From positions 186,001-250,000 of the forward strand of contig QPMI01000017.1 of the NCBI GenBank assembly GCA_004431415.1: a stretch of DNA of 64,000 nucleotides, in the 5' to 3' direction. The stretch comes from Cyanophora paradoxa CCMP329. Taxonomy: Eukaryota; Plantae; Glaucophyta. Shown here piece after piece: positions 10,356 through 19,456 of this stretch. The notes beneath the pieces are model-generated. The model ran no database searches and was not told the origin of the DNA. It saw nothing but the letters and a program-made list of their open reading frames with translations. How positions within the stretch are numbered: position 1 is the first letter of the stretch; each line of letters begins with the position of its first letter. A program made the position numbers and the translations under genes.

Positions 10356-11414
10356 ATGGACCAGGTTCTGAGTTATACCAAGTATCGACAGAAATTGATT
10401 AAAGAAGGTATCACATTTGATGAGGAAGAACTAAGAAAGCGTTTTAAAAATCAAGAGCTTGAGCAGATCTTTAAGAAGCCCAAAAAGCAAAAGTCTTTCT
10501 TGCGGATCATTGCTCCACCCAATTCCTTTCAGGTTGATGTGATTTATTTCAAAAGCTACAAGACAGCAACACATGGAGTGGATAGGATGCTGGGATTTGT
10601 CGATATATTGAGTCGGAAAGCATTTGTATACCCTTTCAAGCCAAAGGATTCGAAAATCGATATTTTCAACAGGTTCAAAGTTGAGGCAGGCAAGGTTAGT
10701 GCTATCTCAGGAGACAATGAGTTCTCTGCTGAGATTTATAGGAAATGGTGTGAGGAAAACAATGTTACACTCTACACTGATGTAGCTAAGAATGACCACA
10801 TCACAGTAGGTGATAAACTTGGTATTATCGATAGGTTCACCAGAACTTTTAAACAATATTTGAGAAAAGCAATAGTTTCGAGTGGGAACCCAAAATGGAC
10901 TGATTATTACAAACAGGTTCTGGCAACTTACAACAACAGTCCACACACTTCCCTAAAGAATGATTCACCCAATGCAGTGTATGGGAATAACGAGAAAGAA
11001 TCGTTCATATATTTGCGTGATGCATTGCATAACAAACGTATTAAAGAAGGTAGCCCAACAGTAAAGGAGGGAGATTATGTTCGAGCTGTAACTGAAAAGA
11101 AGACTTTCGATAAAGAAGGAGCAAGATACAGCAAACAAGTGTATAAAGTAGCAGGCAAGGTAGGTAATCGATTTAGTTTATTGGAAGAGAATGAGGGAGA
11201 GAGTCCAAAGGAAGTAAAACGAAACTTTAAACTGAACGAGTTGCAAAAAGTAGATAAGGCAGCAATTGTTAAGATTCCCACACAGAAGCGTGTGGAGCGA
11301 GTGAAAAAAACAACGAAGGTAAATAGATTAGTAGCAAAAGAGGGTATCAAGCCCAATAGGAGCAAAGTAGTTAGGAAGAGGTATAATTTACGAAGCGGGT
11401 TGACTAGACGTTAG
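10356..11414 (+). CDS. rve-family integrase (A copy 1)
   Basis: FQVDVIYF, VDILSRKA, ISGDNEF, GIIDRFTRT and YNNSPHTSL motifs. Confidence 0.92.
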   Translation: MDQVLSYTKYRQKLIKEGITFDEEELRKRFKNQELEQIFKKPKKQKSFLRIIAPPNSFQVDVIYFKSYKTATHGVDRMLGFVDILSRKAFVYPFKPKDSKIDIFNRFKVEAGKVSAISGDNEFSAEIYRKWCEENNVTLYTDVAKNDHITVGDKLGIIDRFTRTFKQYLRKAIVSSGNPKWTDYYKQVLATYNNSPHTSLKNDSPNAVYGNNEKESFIYLRDALHNKRIKEGSPTVKEGDYVRAVTEKKTFDKEGARYSKQVYKVAGKVGNRFSLLEENEGESPKEVKRNFKLNELQKVDKAAIVKIPTQKRVERVKKTTKVNRLVAKEGIKPNRSKVVRKRYNLRSGLTRR

Positions 11415-11773
11415 GCTGTGAGGTATGAACCATCTTTCGATTCAACAATTTTCGTGATAGGTCTGAACACTTTGAAAATTTCTTTATAATGGATTCCTTT
11501 AACATACCAACCCTTATGAATTGGGTCCCATCTGAGACCATAAGATTTCGCTAATTGGATGTCTTTGAAAGCAACTTGACAAAACATTTTAACATTAATG
11601 TATTTGATTTCGTCTTCTGTTAGTTTTCGGAATTCTTTGAAGATCTCACTGTTTTCATCTTCAACAAACCATAGCTTCTTTTCAAAATCCCATTTTGCTC
11701 CTTTTGATTTCACGGATTCGCGATCATCATATCGAGAGAAAATGTAAAAGCGTTGTTGTGGCTTGGTTTCCAT
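11411..11773 (-). CDS. Protein with two DUF5710-like repeats
   Basis: DRESVKSKGAKWDFEKKLWFV and DIQLAKSYGLRWDPIHKGWYV. Confidence 0.75.
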   Translation of the reverse strand: METKPQQRFYIFSRYDDRESVKSKGAKWDFEKKLWFVEDENSEIFKEFRKLTEDEIKYINVKMFCQVAFKDIQLAKSYGLRWDPIHKGWYVKGIHYKEIFKVFRPITKIVESKDGSYLTA

Positions 11774-11850
11774 TTTTATTCAGATTATCAGATTATTTTT
11801 ATATGAAACAATCAATGAGGAATAACCGAGATTATGATATAACATCGATT

Positions 11851-12025
11851 GTTGTTACTGAGGCTTACTGAGATTTTACGTTTTGTTTTGTGTGGTTACT
11901 GTGAATGGTTTGTTTTTGATTTGGTTTTGTCGAAACGTTTGTGGAATATCGAAAAGTTTAAAGTTTATTCGATTTTATTACCATATATAATTTCGTGGGG
12001 CAGTATGCCCAATTTACATTTTTTT
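11851..12025 (-). repeat. Right TIR of A copy 1 (175 bp)
   Basis: GTTGTTACTGAGG...GGGCAGTATGCCCAATTTACATTTTTTT. Confidence 0.95.
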
Positions 12026-12331
12026 CTTCGCGAGGCATCTACGCGCAATAGCATTCCTGTGGTACTCCCGGATCCGATCAGGATTCTCAGCTCGATACTT
12101 CGCTGTGATGGCAAGCTGTTTCAAACGGTATGTTTCGTTCGTGTGGCGCAGTTTGCGATTGCGTTCAGCATTCTTTCTGCGTCGCTCTGCTAAAATCTCC
12201 GGGGTGACCTCGATCGGTTTAGGACCCTTCTTCTTCGGCTGATAAGGCTCCATTGTTAAAAGACGAACCTTAGGAGGTCGCCCACGGCCACGTTTAACCG
12301 CAGCGCAATCCGCAGTAATTGCAGAAGTCAT
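12026..12331 (-). CDS. AT-hook basic protein of element B (original C-terminus displaced to ~602-646)
   Basis: KRGRGRPPK AT-hook plus basic helix; removing A gives ...RRCLAKSGASVELEVMQL*. Confidence 0.7.
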
Positions 12332-12393
12332 TGTTCGGCTTGTCTCTCAATAATAAGAGACATAAATCCTTTTAAGACAAATTAGCGCGACTT

Positions 12394-12993
12394 TTGAGGC
12401 TTAAAGATAATGCAATCTGTAGATGTAACAAAAAAGTCGCAGACAAGCAGCTCGCTGCGCAGATGGAGGTTATCGTTCCTGATGTACCAGAGGGCACTGC
12501 TTTGATCCCGCTGATAGGAATTCGCAATCGACGCAAAGTCATCGTCGCCTACGCTCTCGTGTCACACGATGATGCTGAGCGTGTGCTGGGATTTCGCTGG
12601 AGTTTGGACAATGGATATGCTCGAGCCAAAATCAACGGAAAGAGCGTGTACTTGCATACATTCATCAGTGGCAATCTTGAGAATGGGTTGACGTTAGATC
12701 ATATCAACAACGATCCAAAAGACAATCGTCGCGACAACCTCCGTTTAGCAACAGCTCGTCAACAGAATTTGAATCGTGGACAGCGGCGAGATAACACTTC
12801 AGGATACATTGGCGTCAGCTTCCATCAGCAACATGGTAAATGGAAAGCATACTATAAGATAAATGACCGCCAAAAGCACATCGGTCTGTTTCAAACAGCA
12901 GAGGCTGCAGCTCGTGCTCGCGATGCATATGCATTGGAACATACCAGCGAAGAGGACAAACCATTCTTGCGGTTGAACTTCCCACAGGTTTGA
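12394..12993 (+). CDS. HNH endonuclease with AP2 DNA-binding domain (likely start ATG 12463)
   Basis: YLHTFI...LDHINNDPKDNRRDNLRLAT (HNH) and NTSGYIGVS..GKWKA..HIGLF.TAEAAARARD (AP2). Confidence 0.9.
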   Translation: MRLKDNAICRCNKKVADKQLAAQMEVIVPDVPEGTALIPLIGIRNRRKVIVAYALVSHDDAERVLGFRWSLDNGYARAKINGKSVYLHTFISGNLENGLTLDHINNDPKDNRRDNLRLATARQQNLNRGQRRDNTSGYIGVSFHQQHGKWKAYYKINDRQKHIGLFQTAEAAARARDAYALEHTSEEDKPFLRLNFPQV

Positions 12994-13012
12994 ATGAAGG
13001 GAATAACACCCC

Positions 13013-13438
13013 TTGGGCGCAGCCGAGGCAGCTTGTCTGCCGATTATGTTTTTAATGGAACTCGAATTCGAAACGGTAGAGGAAGAGTTTAATCTCGAAG
13101 ACTGCTGGCCTGGAAGAACTCACGAATCGCCTGATCATCTGATTTCGTTCGGCATTTACAAGGGCACATCGTTCCTGTGGATTGCCTCAGCGAAACCGGA
13201 ATATACTAGCTGGTTGTTGCGACAGCCTTGGCTACCGACTTTTGATCGCGCTGCTTTTTTACGCGCACAAAGCGCAATAGAGCCGAAGTCGTTCCAGACG
13301 ATTTGTCAACAGAATAAACGCGGTCCGCGGTCGCAGCTTCATATATCAAAACCTGATACGAATGATTCAATTCAACGAAAAGACGCATTAGATTTGCTCG
13401 AGTCGCTCCGGCGTTGTATTCGTCGAAAACGCAGTTGA
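13013..13438 (+). CDS. DUF3820/ExoX-C-terminal-like small domain protein, overlapping the ATPase 3' end on the opposite strand
   Basis: ISFGIYKG...IASAKPEYTSWLL resembles the FGKYKG..P.Y..W motif. Confidence 0.5.
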   Translation: MGAAEAACLPIMFLMELEFETVEEEFNLEDCWPGRTHESPDHLISFGIYKGTSFLWIASAKPEYTSWLLRQPWLPTFDRAAFLRAQSAIEPKSFQTICQQNKRGPRSQLHISKPDTNDSIQRKDALDLLESLRRCIRRKRS

Positions 13439-13922
13439 ACTCTTTAACGTTTGAGAGAATTGATGAGAAACAGACGTACTCGCAATTCCTTCGAACTGTA
13501 GGGCTGATTCCACAAAGACGTTGAGTGGTTACAAAAAGGCTCATGTTATAATGACGCCCACTAGTAAAAAGCTTTTGCATTAATCGGTCGCTGTGGACGT
13601 TCACAAGGTCATTATCGAGCAAATCATCTAGAACGATTGCAATCTTGCGCTCATCTTTCTTGCGTCGCCTTTCTTTTTGTTGCTCTAGAAGACTCTCAAC
13701 CAAAACTGGATCCCATTCTTCGTGAATATTGTTTGAGCGAGTCGTGTCGTCCCACTGTTCTGTAAATGCTGTGGTACTAAATACGAAGATATCGTCTAGC
13801 TGCGGAGCTACTGCATTTAATACGTGTTTAACGTAGGTGCTTTTTCCCGAGTTGGTGGGGCCGACAAACAAGAACCGTTTAGGCAGTTTTATTTCTGTAG
13901 GATCAAACAGTTTGATATCCAT
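13206..13922 (-). CDS. Packaging ATPase (element B)
   Basis: GPTNSGKS, IAIVLDD, SGRHY; paralogue of A's ATPase. Confidence 0.92.
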   Translation of the reverse strand: MDIKLFDPTEIKLPKRFLFVGPTNSGKSTYVKHVLNAVAPQLDDIFVFSTTAFTEQWDDTTRSNNIHEEWDPVLVESLLEQQKERRRKKDERKIAIVLDDLLDNDLVNVHSDRLMQKLFTSGRHYNMSLFVTTQRLCGISPTVRRNCEYVCFSSILSNVKEFNCVFDEYNAGATRANLMRLFVELNHSYQVLIYEAATADRVYSVDKSSGTTSALLRFVRVKKQRDQKSVAKAVATTS

Positions 13923-15152
13923 CTAGAAGTTACTTACCTTTAGAGTTGACATTTGATACGAGTTAATTACGAGAACATTGTGGCGCAGGACGTGGAAGTC
14001 AACAACTGCTGGCGCTGCGTTTGTGCAGCCGGTCACAGTTAGCGAGCAGTAGCTGCTGCTGGAATTAAAGAAGTCTGTGTAGCCGAGGACAGCGTTATGC
14101 AGTGAGTCTTTGCCAGATTTCGAAAGCACAATCCCATAGACATTTCCGTCCTCGAAGCCAAGGGCTGAATTGCCAGTGGTTGCACCGCGGTATTGAGTTG
14201 GAATGTGATAGCACGATGATACAAACCCAGAGATTGGCTTATTGCTGATGTCGAGAGTTCGGTTGTTGTGCATGATCTCAAACGAATCGATTTTCAGCGC
14301 ATTTCCGTTGCCAGCAAATGAATTGTGATTGCGAGTGCCCAGGTGATTCGCATTACGCACTGTCATCAGGATCGCGTGCACAAGGCCGCTGACGTTGGCA
14401 AGGGAGATTTCGACTGCATTCCCCGCGTCGTCAGTCTTTAACTGCCTCGAGCGCTTTGAAATAATCTCGGTGAAAGGAATTCGAATACCACCGCTCTCGT
14501 TTGCAGATTTAAGCATAGACTCAGCCTCTTCGCTAGGGATATTCACGAACTGGCAAACCAGGGCACAATCCGTTAGAGTTGCAACAGCACTAGCGACAGT
14601 TCCAACCACGCCAGCCGAACGGAAGTCAATTTCGACGGTTGGCATGTCAGCCAGTGCGAGCAGCGGGAAGTACGAATTGTCCCAGAGCTGGGAGGGGATC
14701 TTTAGTACGTACTCGCGACTCGCATCGAGAATCTCAAGAGCCGCGTCCTTTCCAAAGCCGTAGCTGCTAGCAAAAGCCTGGGCGGACGCAACGCTATTAT
14801 CAATGAGCGCGTTCACAGTGAGCCAGTCTCCAGGGATCACCATCTTGAAGGATCCATGAACAAAGCGCACGTTTTCAATAAATGCACCAGCGCCATTAGG
14901 CAGCACCGAGGCGGCAGCTCCGCCAGCGACGCTGACCTTAAAGTATAGCGAGACACCGTTTAGAAGCTGCTTGCGCGGAAGGTCGAAAGCGGCAGTCTGC
15001 GCGAAGCCGTACGAGTTGCCTCGCGGACGGATCGTTTCAAGGAAAGGCTTGAACTTGGGGCTGACACCGACAGTGAGACCTGGGGATAAATAAAGTTCGC
15101 TTGAACCTTTGGTAGTGAGGAGCTCCTTTAGAGTTGTTCCTGCTTGCGCCAT
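13923..15152 (-). CDS. Major capsid protein (element B)
   Basis: 409 aa, aligns end to end with A's MCP (GTTLKELL...STLKVSNF). Confidence 0.88.
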   Translation of the reverse strand: MAQAGTTLKELLTTKGSSELYLSPGLTVGVSPKFKPFLETIRPRGNSYGFAQTAAFDLPRKQLLNGVSLYFKVSVAGGAAASVLPNGAGAFIENVRFVHGSFKMVIPGDWLTVNALIDNSVASAQAFASSYGFGKDAALEILDASREYVLKIPSQLWDNSYFPLLALADMPTVEIDFRSAGVVGTVASAVATLTDCALVCQFVNIPSEEAESMLKSANESGGIRIPFTEIISKRSRQLKTDDAGNAVEISLANVSGLVHAILMTVRNANHLGTRNHNSFAGNGNALKIDSFEIMHNNRTLDISNKPISGFVSSCYHIPTQYRGATTGNSALGFEDGNVYGIVLSKSGKDSLHNAVLGYTDFFNSSSSYCSLTVTGCTNAAPAVVDFHVLRHNVLVINSYQMSTLKVSNF

Positions 15153-15196
15153 TTGCTATTATAGACCAGAAAATTTTCATGCATATTGTTGTAAAG

Positions 15197-16075
15197 ATGA
15201 AGCTCCGCGTAAATGTCGATTCTAGGGACCGGTTCGAAGGCACGTCCTCGAATTTCAAGATCAATCTCCCAAGGCCCCTCGTTAATGTAAAGTCGGTGCG
15301 AGTTGATTCGCTAGAACTGTTTCATAACATGTTCAACCTGTCCACACAAGCCGCAATTATCACCGGCACCCTTGATCCCTCTGGCGTTGAGAAAACACGT
15401 GCCAACACTTTCAAGCCCGGAGTCTATACGCCAACCTCCCTTGCAAACTATCTAAGCACGCTTCTTAAAACCCAGCAGTATAGTTACGGCGGAACTACTT
15501 ATCAGCGCAAGTTCGTCGTTCAGTTCGAAGAGATCTCAATGCGGCTTAGGTTCCTGTGTGAAGCGGACTTTATTTTGAGCTTCACATCGGCCGAACTATC
15601 GAACCTGCTCGGGTTTGCGAAGACTCTCAGTGACCTTTCCAGTGAGCTTGACACACCTGAGACAATCGATGGCGTACAATATTCGTACGAGCTGTTCAGC
15701 GATATGCCAGTTGATCTACTTTATCACACGTATTTGTTCCTGTACATTCAGCAGATCAAAGGCCCGATCTTGACACTTAACCCCTATACAACGGGCTCGA
15801 TCGCAAAGATTCACATCGACTCAAAATTCGGGGAGCTCATCAAGTTCACATCTGAGGATCGTGTTCCCGTCACAGGCTTCGATCGAAACGCTGAGCTGTC
15901 TGAACTTGACATATCGCTGCGCTATCATAATGGAACAGACGCTGTCACAAACACAGAGTTCTCGTTCGTGCTAGAGTTCGATATCGAGGATGTCTCTTAC
16001 ACGTCTGCTGCTGCTAAATCCGCAATTAAGAATGCAGCCAGCGAGTACGTCCCCTTCGACAGATCGTTCGCATAA
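15197..16075 (+). CDS. Minor capsid (penton) protein (element B)
   Basis: MKLRVNVDSRDR..FKINLP; homologous to 3788-4675. Confidence 0.82.
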   Translation: MKLRVNVDSRDRFEGTSSNFKINLPRPLVNVKSVRVDSLELFHNMFNLSTQAAIITGTLDPSGVEKTRANTFKPGVYTPTSLANYLSTLLKTQQYSYGGTTYQRKFVVQFEEISMRLRFLCEADFILSFTSAELSNLLGFAKTLSDLSSELDTPETIDGVQYSYELFSDMPVDLLYHTYLFLYIQQIKGPILTLNPYTTGSIAKIHIDSKFGELIKFTSEDRVPVTGFDRNAELSELDISLRYHNGTDAVTNTEFSFVLEFDIEDVSYTSAAAKSAIKNAASEYVPFDRSFA

Positions 16076-16101
16076 GTTTTTTCCCACTGCTTAGTTAAAA
16101 G

Positions 16102-16749
16102 ATGCCTCCGCGAAAGAAGTCGACAGACATGCAGTCTCGGCTGCGCACTCCGCAGCTTGAAGTCGCTTCCAGCCCTACTAAGAAGAATCACATCGAGTTC
16201 TTGAGTGGTGATACTGGTGCTTACCCGCTAGTCCGTCGCGCTGGTGGCGGTGAGGGTGCATCCATCGATTACGCTCTTACCGCCGACGAGAACGCTATTC
16301 TTGATAAGATCCCGAATTCGCGGACTAAGAAGACCAAGACTAGCAAGCTAAAGGATACTGACGATGGGCCGCTGTACATCTCAGAGACGGCTAATCGTAG
16401 CAGGTATTTCATTAAAACTGTGACCGGTCTTAAGACAGTTTCAAAGAAGCGAGCTAGTGACCTTATAGCTGGCATCGCGGCTGAGACTAAGATGGAAAAC
16501 AAGATTTTAAATGAACCGATCACGAAGACAAAGATCGAGAAGAAGGTTGCCCCTCCTGCAGCTGCTGTTCCTGCCAAGACGATCGTTGCGATCCCTGAGG
16601 TCGATGAGAATGCTAGCGAGCTGCCTGTAGCTAACGCATCGATCCTGCGCATCGCCTCTAGCAGTGCTGATCCTGTCGGGCCGGCGATCGAGTACAAGCC
16701 AATGCTGAGCGGCTTCACTAAGCTAGGGCTCCGGCATCGCTGGGAGTGA
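16102..16749 (+). CDS. Conserved Lys-rich hypothetical protein (element B)
   Basis: Shares RYFI..GLK.V..GIAAETK.ENKI..PITK.K.EKK and LPV.N.SILR.A.S.ADPV with 4712-5473. Confidence 0.78.
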   Translation: MPPRKKSTDMQSRLRTPQLEVASSPTKKNHIEFLSGDTGAYPLVRRAGGGEGASIDYALTADENAILDKIPNSRTKKTKTSKLKDTDDGPLYISETANRSRYFIKTVTGLKTVSKKRASDLIAGIAAETKMENKILNEPITKTKIEKKVAPPAAAVPAKTIVAIPEVDENASELPVANASILRIASSSADPVGPAIEYKPMLSGFTKLGLRHRWE

Positions 16750-16800
16750 CCGAGTGGCGCAGAGAAAGTCTTACCCGAAAAATGGTCGAATTACAGTAAG

Positions 16801-16925
16801 CTAGCATAAAAGTGAAGTATTAGTTTCTAAACTTCTATGCTGGCATAAAAGTGAAGTATTAGTTTCTAAACTTCTATGCTGGCATAAAAGTGAAATATTA
16901 GTTTCTAAACTTCTATGCTGGCAAT
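16801..16925 (+). repeat. 39-bp tandem repeat x3 (subterminal, element B)
   Basis: CTGGCATAAAAGTGAAGTATTAGTTTCTAAACTTCTATG units at 16801, 16840 and 16879. Confidence 0.92.
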
Positions 16926-16954
16926 GTCCAGAAGTATTAATATATATTAAGTAA

Positions 16955-17170
16955 CTTCTGGGCAATGCCCAAAGGTAATATCTATTCTTTTAATACTTCA
17001 AGGCTTCTGGGCAATGCCCAAAGGTAATATCTATTCTTTTAATACTTCTGGGCAATGCCCATAGGTGATATCTATTCTTTTAATACTTCTGGGCAATGCC
17101 TATAGGTAATATCTATTCTTTTAATACTTCTGGGCAATGCCCATAGGTTATATCTATTTTTTAAAAAACT
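16955..17170 (+). repeat. 41-bp tandem repeat x5 containing palindrome GGGCAATGCCC
   Basis: CTTCTGGGCAATGCCCAAAGGTAATATCTATTCTTTTAATA units. Confidence 0.92.
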
Positions 17171-17190
17171 TCGAGGCATGTCCACAAGTA

Positions 17191-17602
17191 CTTTGGACAA
17201 ATGTTCACGTCCAGAGGTCGCTAAGCGACTTTGGACAAAAGTTCACGTCCAAGATCCTCAACCCTGCTGGCACATCCCAACGCATGTTTTGCACAATCCA
17301 ACCTCTAGTATAGCCTCGTTTGCACTATTGGAGATGTCTGCACGAGTTGCTAGCTGACTTGGGTGTCGTTCTGGAGTTCGTGACTTTGGACAAAAGTTCA
17401 CGTCCAAGATCCTCAACCCTGCTGGCACATCCCAACGCATGTTTTGCACGATCCGACCTCTAGTATAGCCTCGTTTGCACTATAGGAGACGCCTGCACGA
17501 ATTGCTAGTTTACTTGGGTGGCGTTTTGGAGTTCGTGACTTTGGACAAAAGTTCACGTCCAAGGTCGCCTAGTGACTTTGGACAAAAGTTCACGTCCAAG
17601 AT
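17191..17602 (+). repeat. Five TTGGAC-N10-GTCCA(A) palindromes with an embedded 155-bp tandem duplication
   Basis: Motif starts at 17193, 17231, 17386, 17541 and 17578. Confidence 0.9.
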
Positions 17603-17914
17603 CTCCAAGCTTCTAGGCAACCTCACTCATAGGTGTCAGATCGCTGATTCACAGACCGGCGCGTTTGGGGGCCCGCCTCAATTCACTGCTATATCGTTTT
17701 GCATTATCGATCGACCTAGACACCAGATACTACCTAGCGGTTGCTGGATGGAAGGGGAGGTAGACCAGAGGGAGAGAAGGGCGGTAGACGTAGCGAGAGA
17801 GTGGGAAAGAATGAGGGCTGGGAAGGCGCTGGAGTGGGTGAGTGAGGGGTGGGTTTGGGGGTTGAGGGTGGCAAAGAGGGCGGGCCCACCCTGATGGGGG
17901 TACTCTCATTTTTT

Positions 17915-19160
17915 GCTGTCTTGCTCGATCTCCTCTGGATTTCCACTTCCTCGCAGTGCGCCGCGTACGCCGCACGGTACCCGTGCCGCCTGATCTACTT
18001 TTGACTGCATCAAGCTTGCACCGCAGCACGTGCACCGAAGCACGCGCAGCCCGTGGGCCGGATTGGCCCGTACCGCGTAGCTTTTCCTCGCGATCCAGCC
18101 TCTGCTCGCAGCCGCATCGCTGCGCCGACCTCGTTGCCAAGTTGGCGCCCCGGCCGCTGTCCTGCCGCGCGCGCTGGGCCGGGGTCGATCTACATCTGCC
18201 CCGTGCATGTTCGTGCCACTACTACTCTTTCATTAGATCCAGATTCCCCCCTTGCACCCCCGGCGCGCCAAAACGCGGCCGGGCCACTAGTATATAGAAT
18301 ATATACTACGTATTATTACGTGTACTCATGATCGTGGAATCTCCACGCGCAGGCGCGCTGCGAATTTTTTCGGGCGATGCTCTGCAGCAAGGTCTGCAAT
18401 GCTAAATTAATTTGCTCGGCGGCGAGCGCGCGCCGGAAAATTTCCGCCCCCTCGTTTTCCGCGATAGATGCGCGAGTCTGAGAGCGGAGAGATCGATGCG
18501 ACCCACTTCAAAAAAAGGACGGTGCTCGCGCTGCTCCGCTACATCTACGCATCGGAGGTGCCAACGTTCAACTGCAATTCCAATTCGAATACGAATTTCA
18601 AAATCGTCGACGTTAAATTAAAACGACGGACGTCGACGCCTTTTTATGAAAAATTAATGTGAACGTTCAAATCCCAGATTCAGGACGATTTGACGCCATT
18701 CGAACTGGTCGATCTCATCCGGGCGGCCCACTATTACCAGCTGCCGCGGCTAGCGAACAGCTGCATAAAGCGCCTGGATATGTGCGAGAATCTGTCGGTG
18801 GAGGAGGCCTTGAATATTTATGTTGCTGTTCATGAACTTGGGCTATGTGAGCCCGGGGCTGATATGTCGTCGTCGGAGAACTTAATTGCAAGTTCATCTG
18901 CATCAATTGATACGTCGGAGAACGTTAACGCAAATTCATCCGCTTCAATTGATTTTAAAAATGTCTGCTTCCAATTTCGTGTGACATCTTCATAATTGAT
19001 CCCCATTAATATCCGCGCGAGGTGTCGCAGATACAGCAGATTGCAATCAAAGCCCTGTGGGCCAAGCGGCACGATGTGACGAAGAGCCCTGCATTCCGGG
19101 CTCTGCTTGATGCGGGTTCCGATCGCGCGGACGTCGTTCAGAATTTGTTCGACGTCTTTC
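17915..19160 (+). CDS. Host BTB/POZ-domain protein, spliced 3' part (5' part probably separated by element B)
   Basis: Exons read DFHFLA...CPVH...ARCEFFRAMLCSK|MRESESGEI...LALLRYIY...LIRAAHYYQLPRLANSCIKRL, a BTB pattern; boundaries approximate. Confidence 0.65.
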
Positions 19161-19456
19161 TCGAGCGCTGATCATGATCATGACGTCCCGAGTCCGCTAG
19201 CGCTGCGCATGCGGCCGGCGCGGTGCGCTCGAGCAATACACACTTCAGCAACATGTACATATACACATTATGTACTCACAATTTCGCAGCTGCGAATAAA
19301 TCTGTGCATGCGCATCTGTACCACCGAAGTTCATGATCGCAACATATTTTATATCTAACACGTTGTGGACGAGCCCGAATGTTTCTATATCTATATGATT
19401 GCGATTGACAGCATGACCACCGACAACGTCTAGCTAAACCCCAGCGTCTGGCGGGG

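Larger units (their letters stand above)
647..12025 (+). mobile_element. Element A copy 1: complete ~11.4-kb Polinton-like virus/Maverick-type self-synthesizing element
   Basis: 175-bp TIRs, CTTCGC on both flanks (641-646, 12026-12031), pPolB + rve integrase + packaging ATPase + MCP + minor capsid protein. Confidence 0.95.
1..17914. mobile_element. Element B: endogenous Polinton-like virus/Maverick-type element (left part outside window), interrupted by element A copy 1
   Basis: rve-integrase 3' part at 1-646 rejoins 12032 across the CTTCGC duplication; ATPase, MCP, minor capsid and conserved hypothetical are homologous to and syntenic with those of A; subterminal tandem repeats at 16.8-17.6 kb; ends in ...CTCATTTTTT (17914), like A's ...TACATTTTTTT, followed by GC-rich host sequence. 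Confidence 0.8.

Noticed and set aside
17191-17602. CRISPR-like repeat-spacer array
   Set aside because: Spacers are 155-bp duplicates or very short, no cas genes are present, and the context is eukaryotic viral.
18870-18955. ~42-bp imperfect duplication in the BTB gene
   Set aside because: Small local duplication with no evidence of wider significance.
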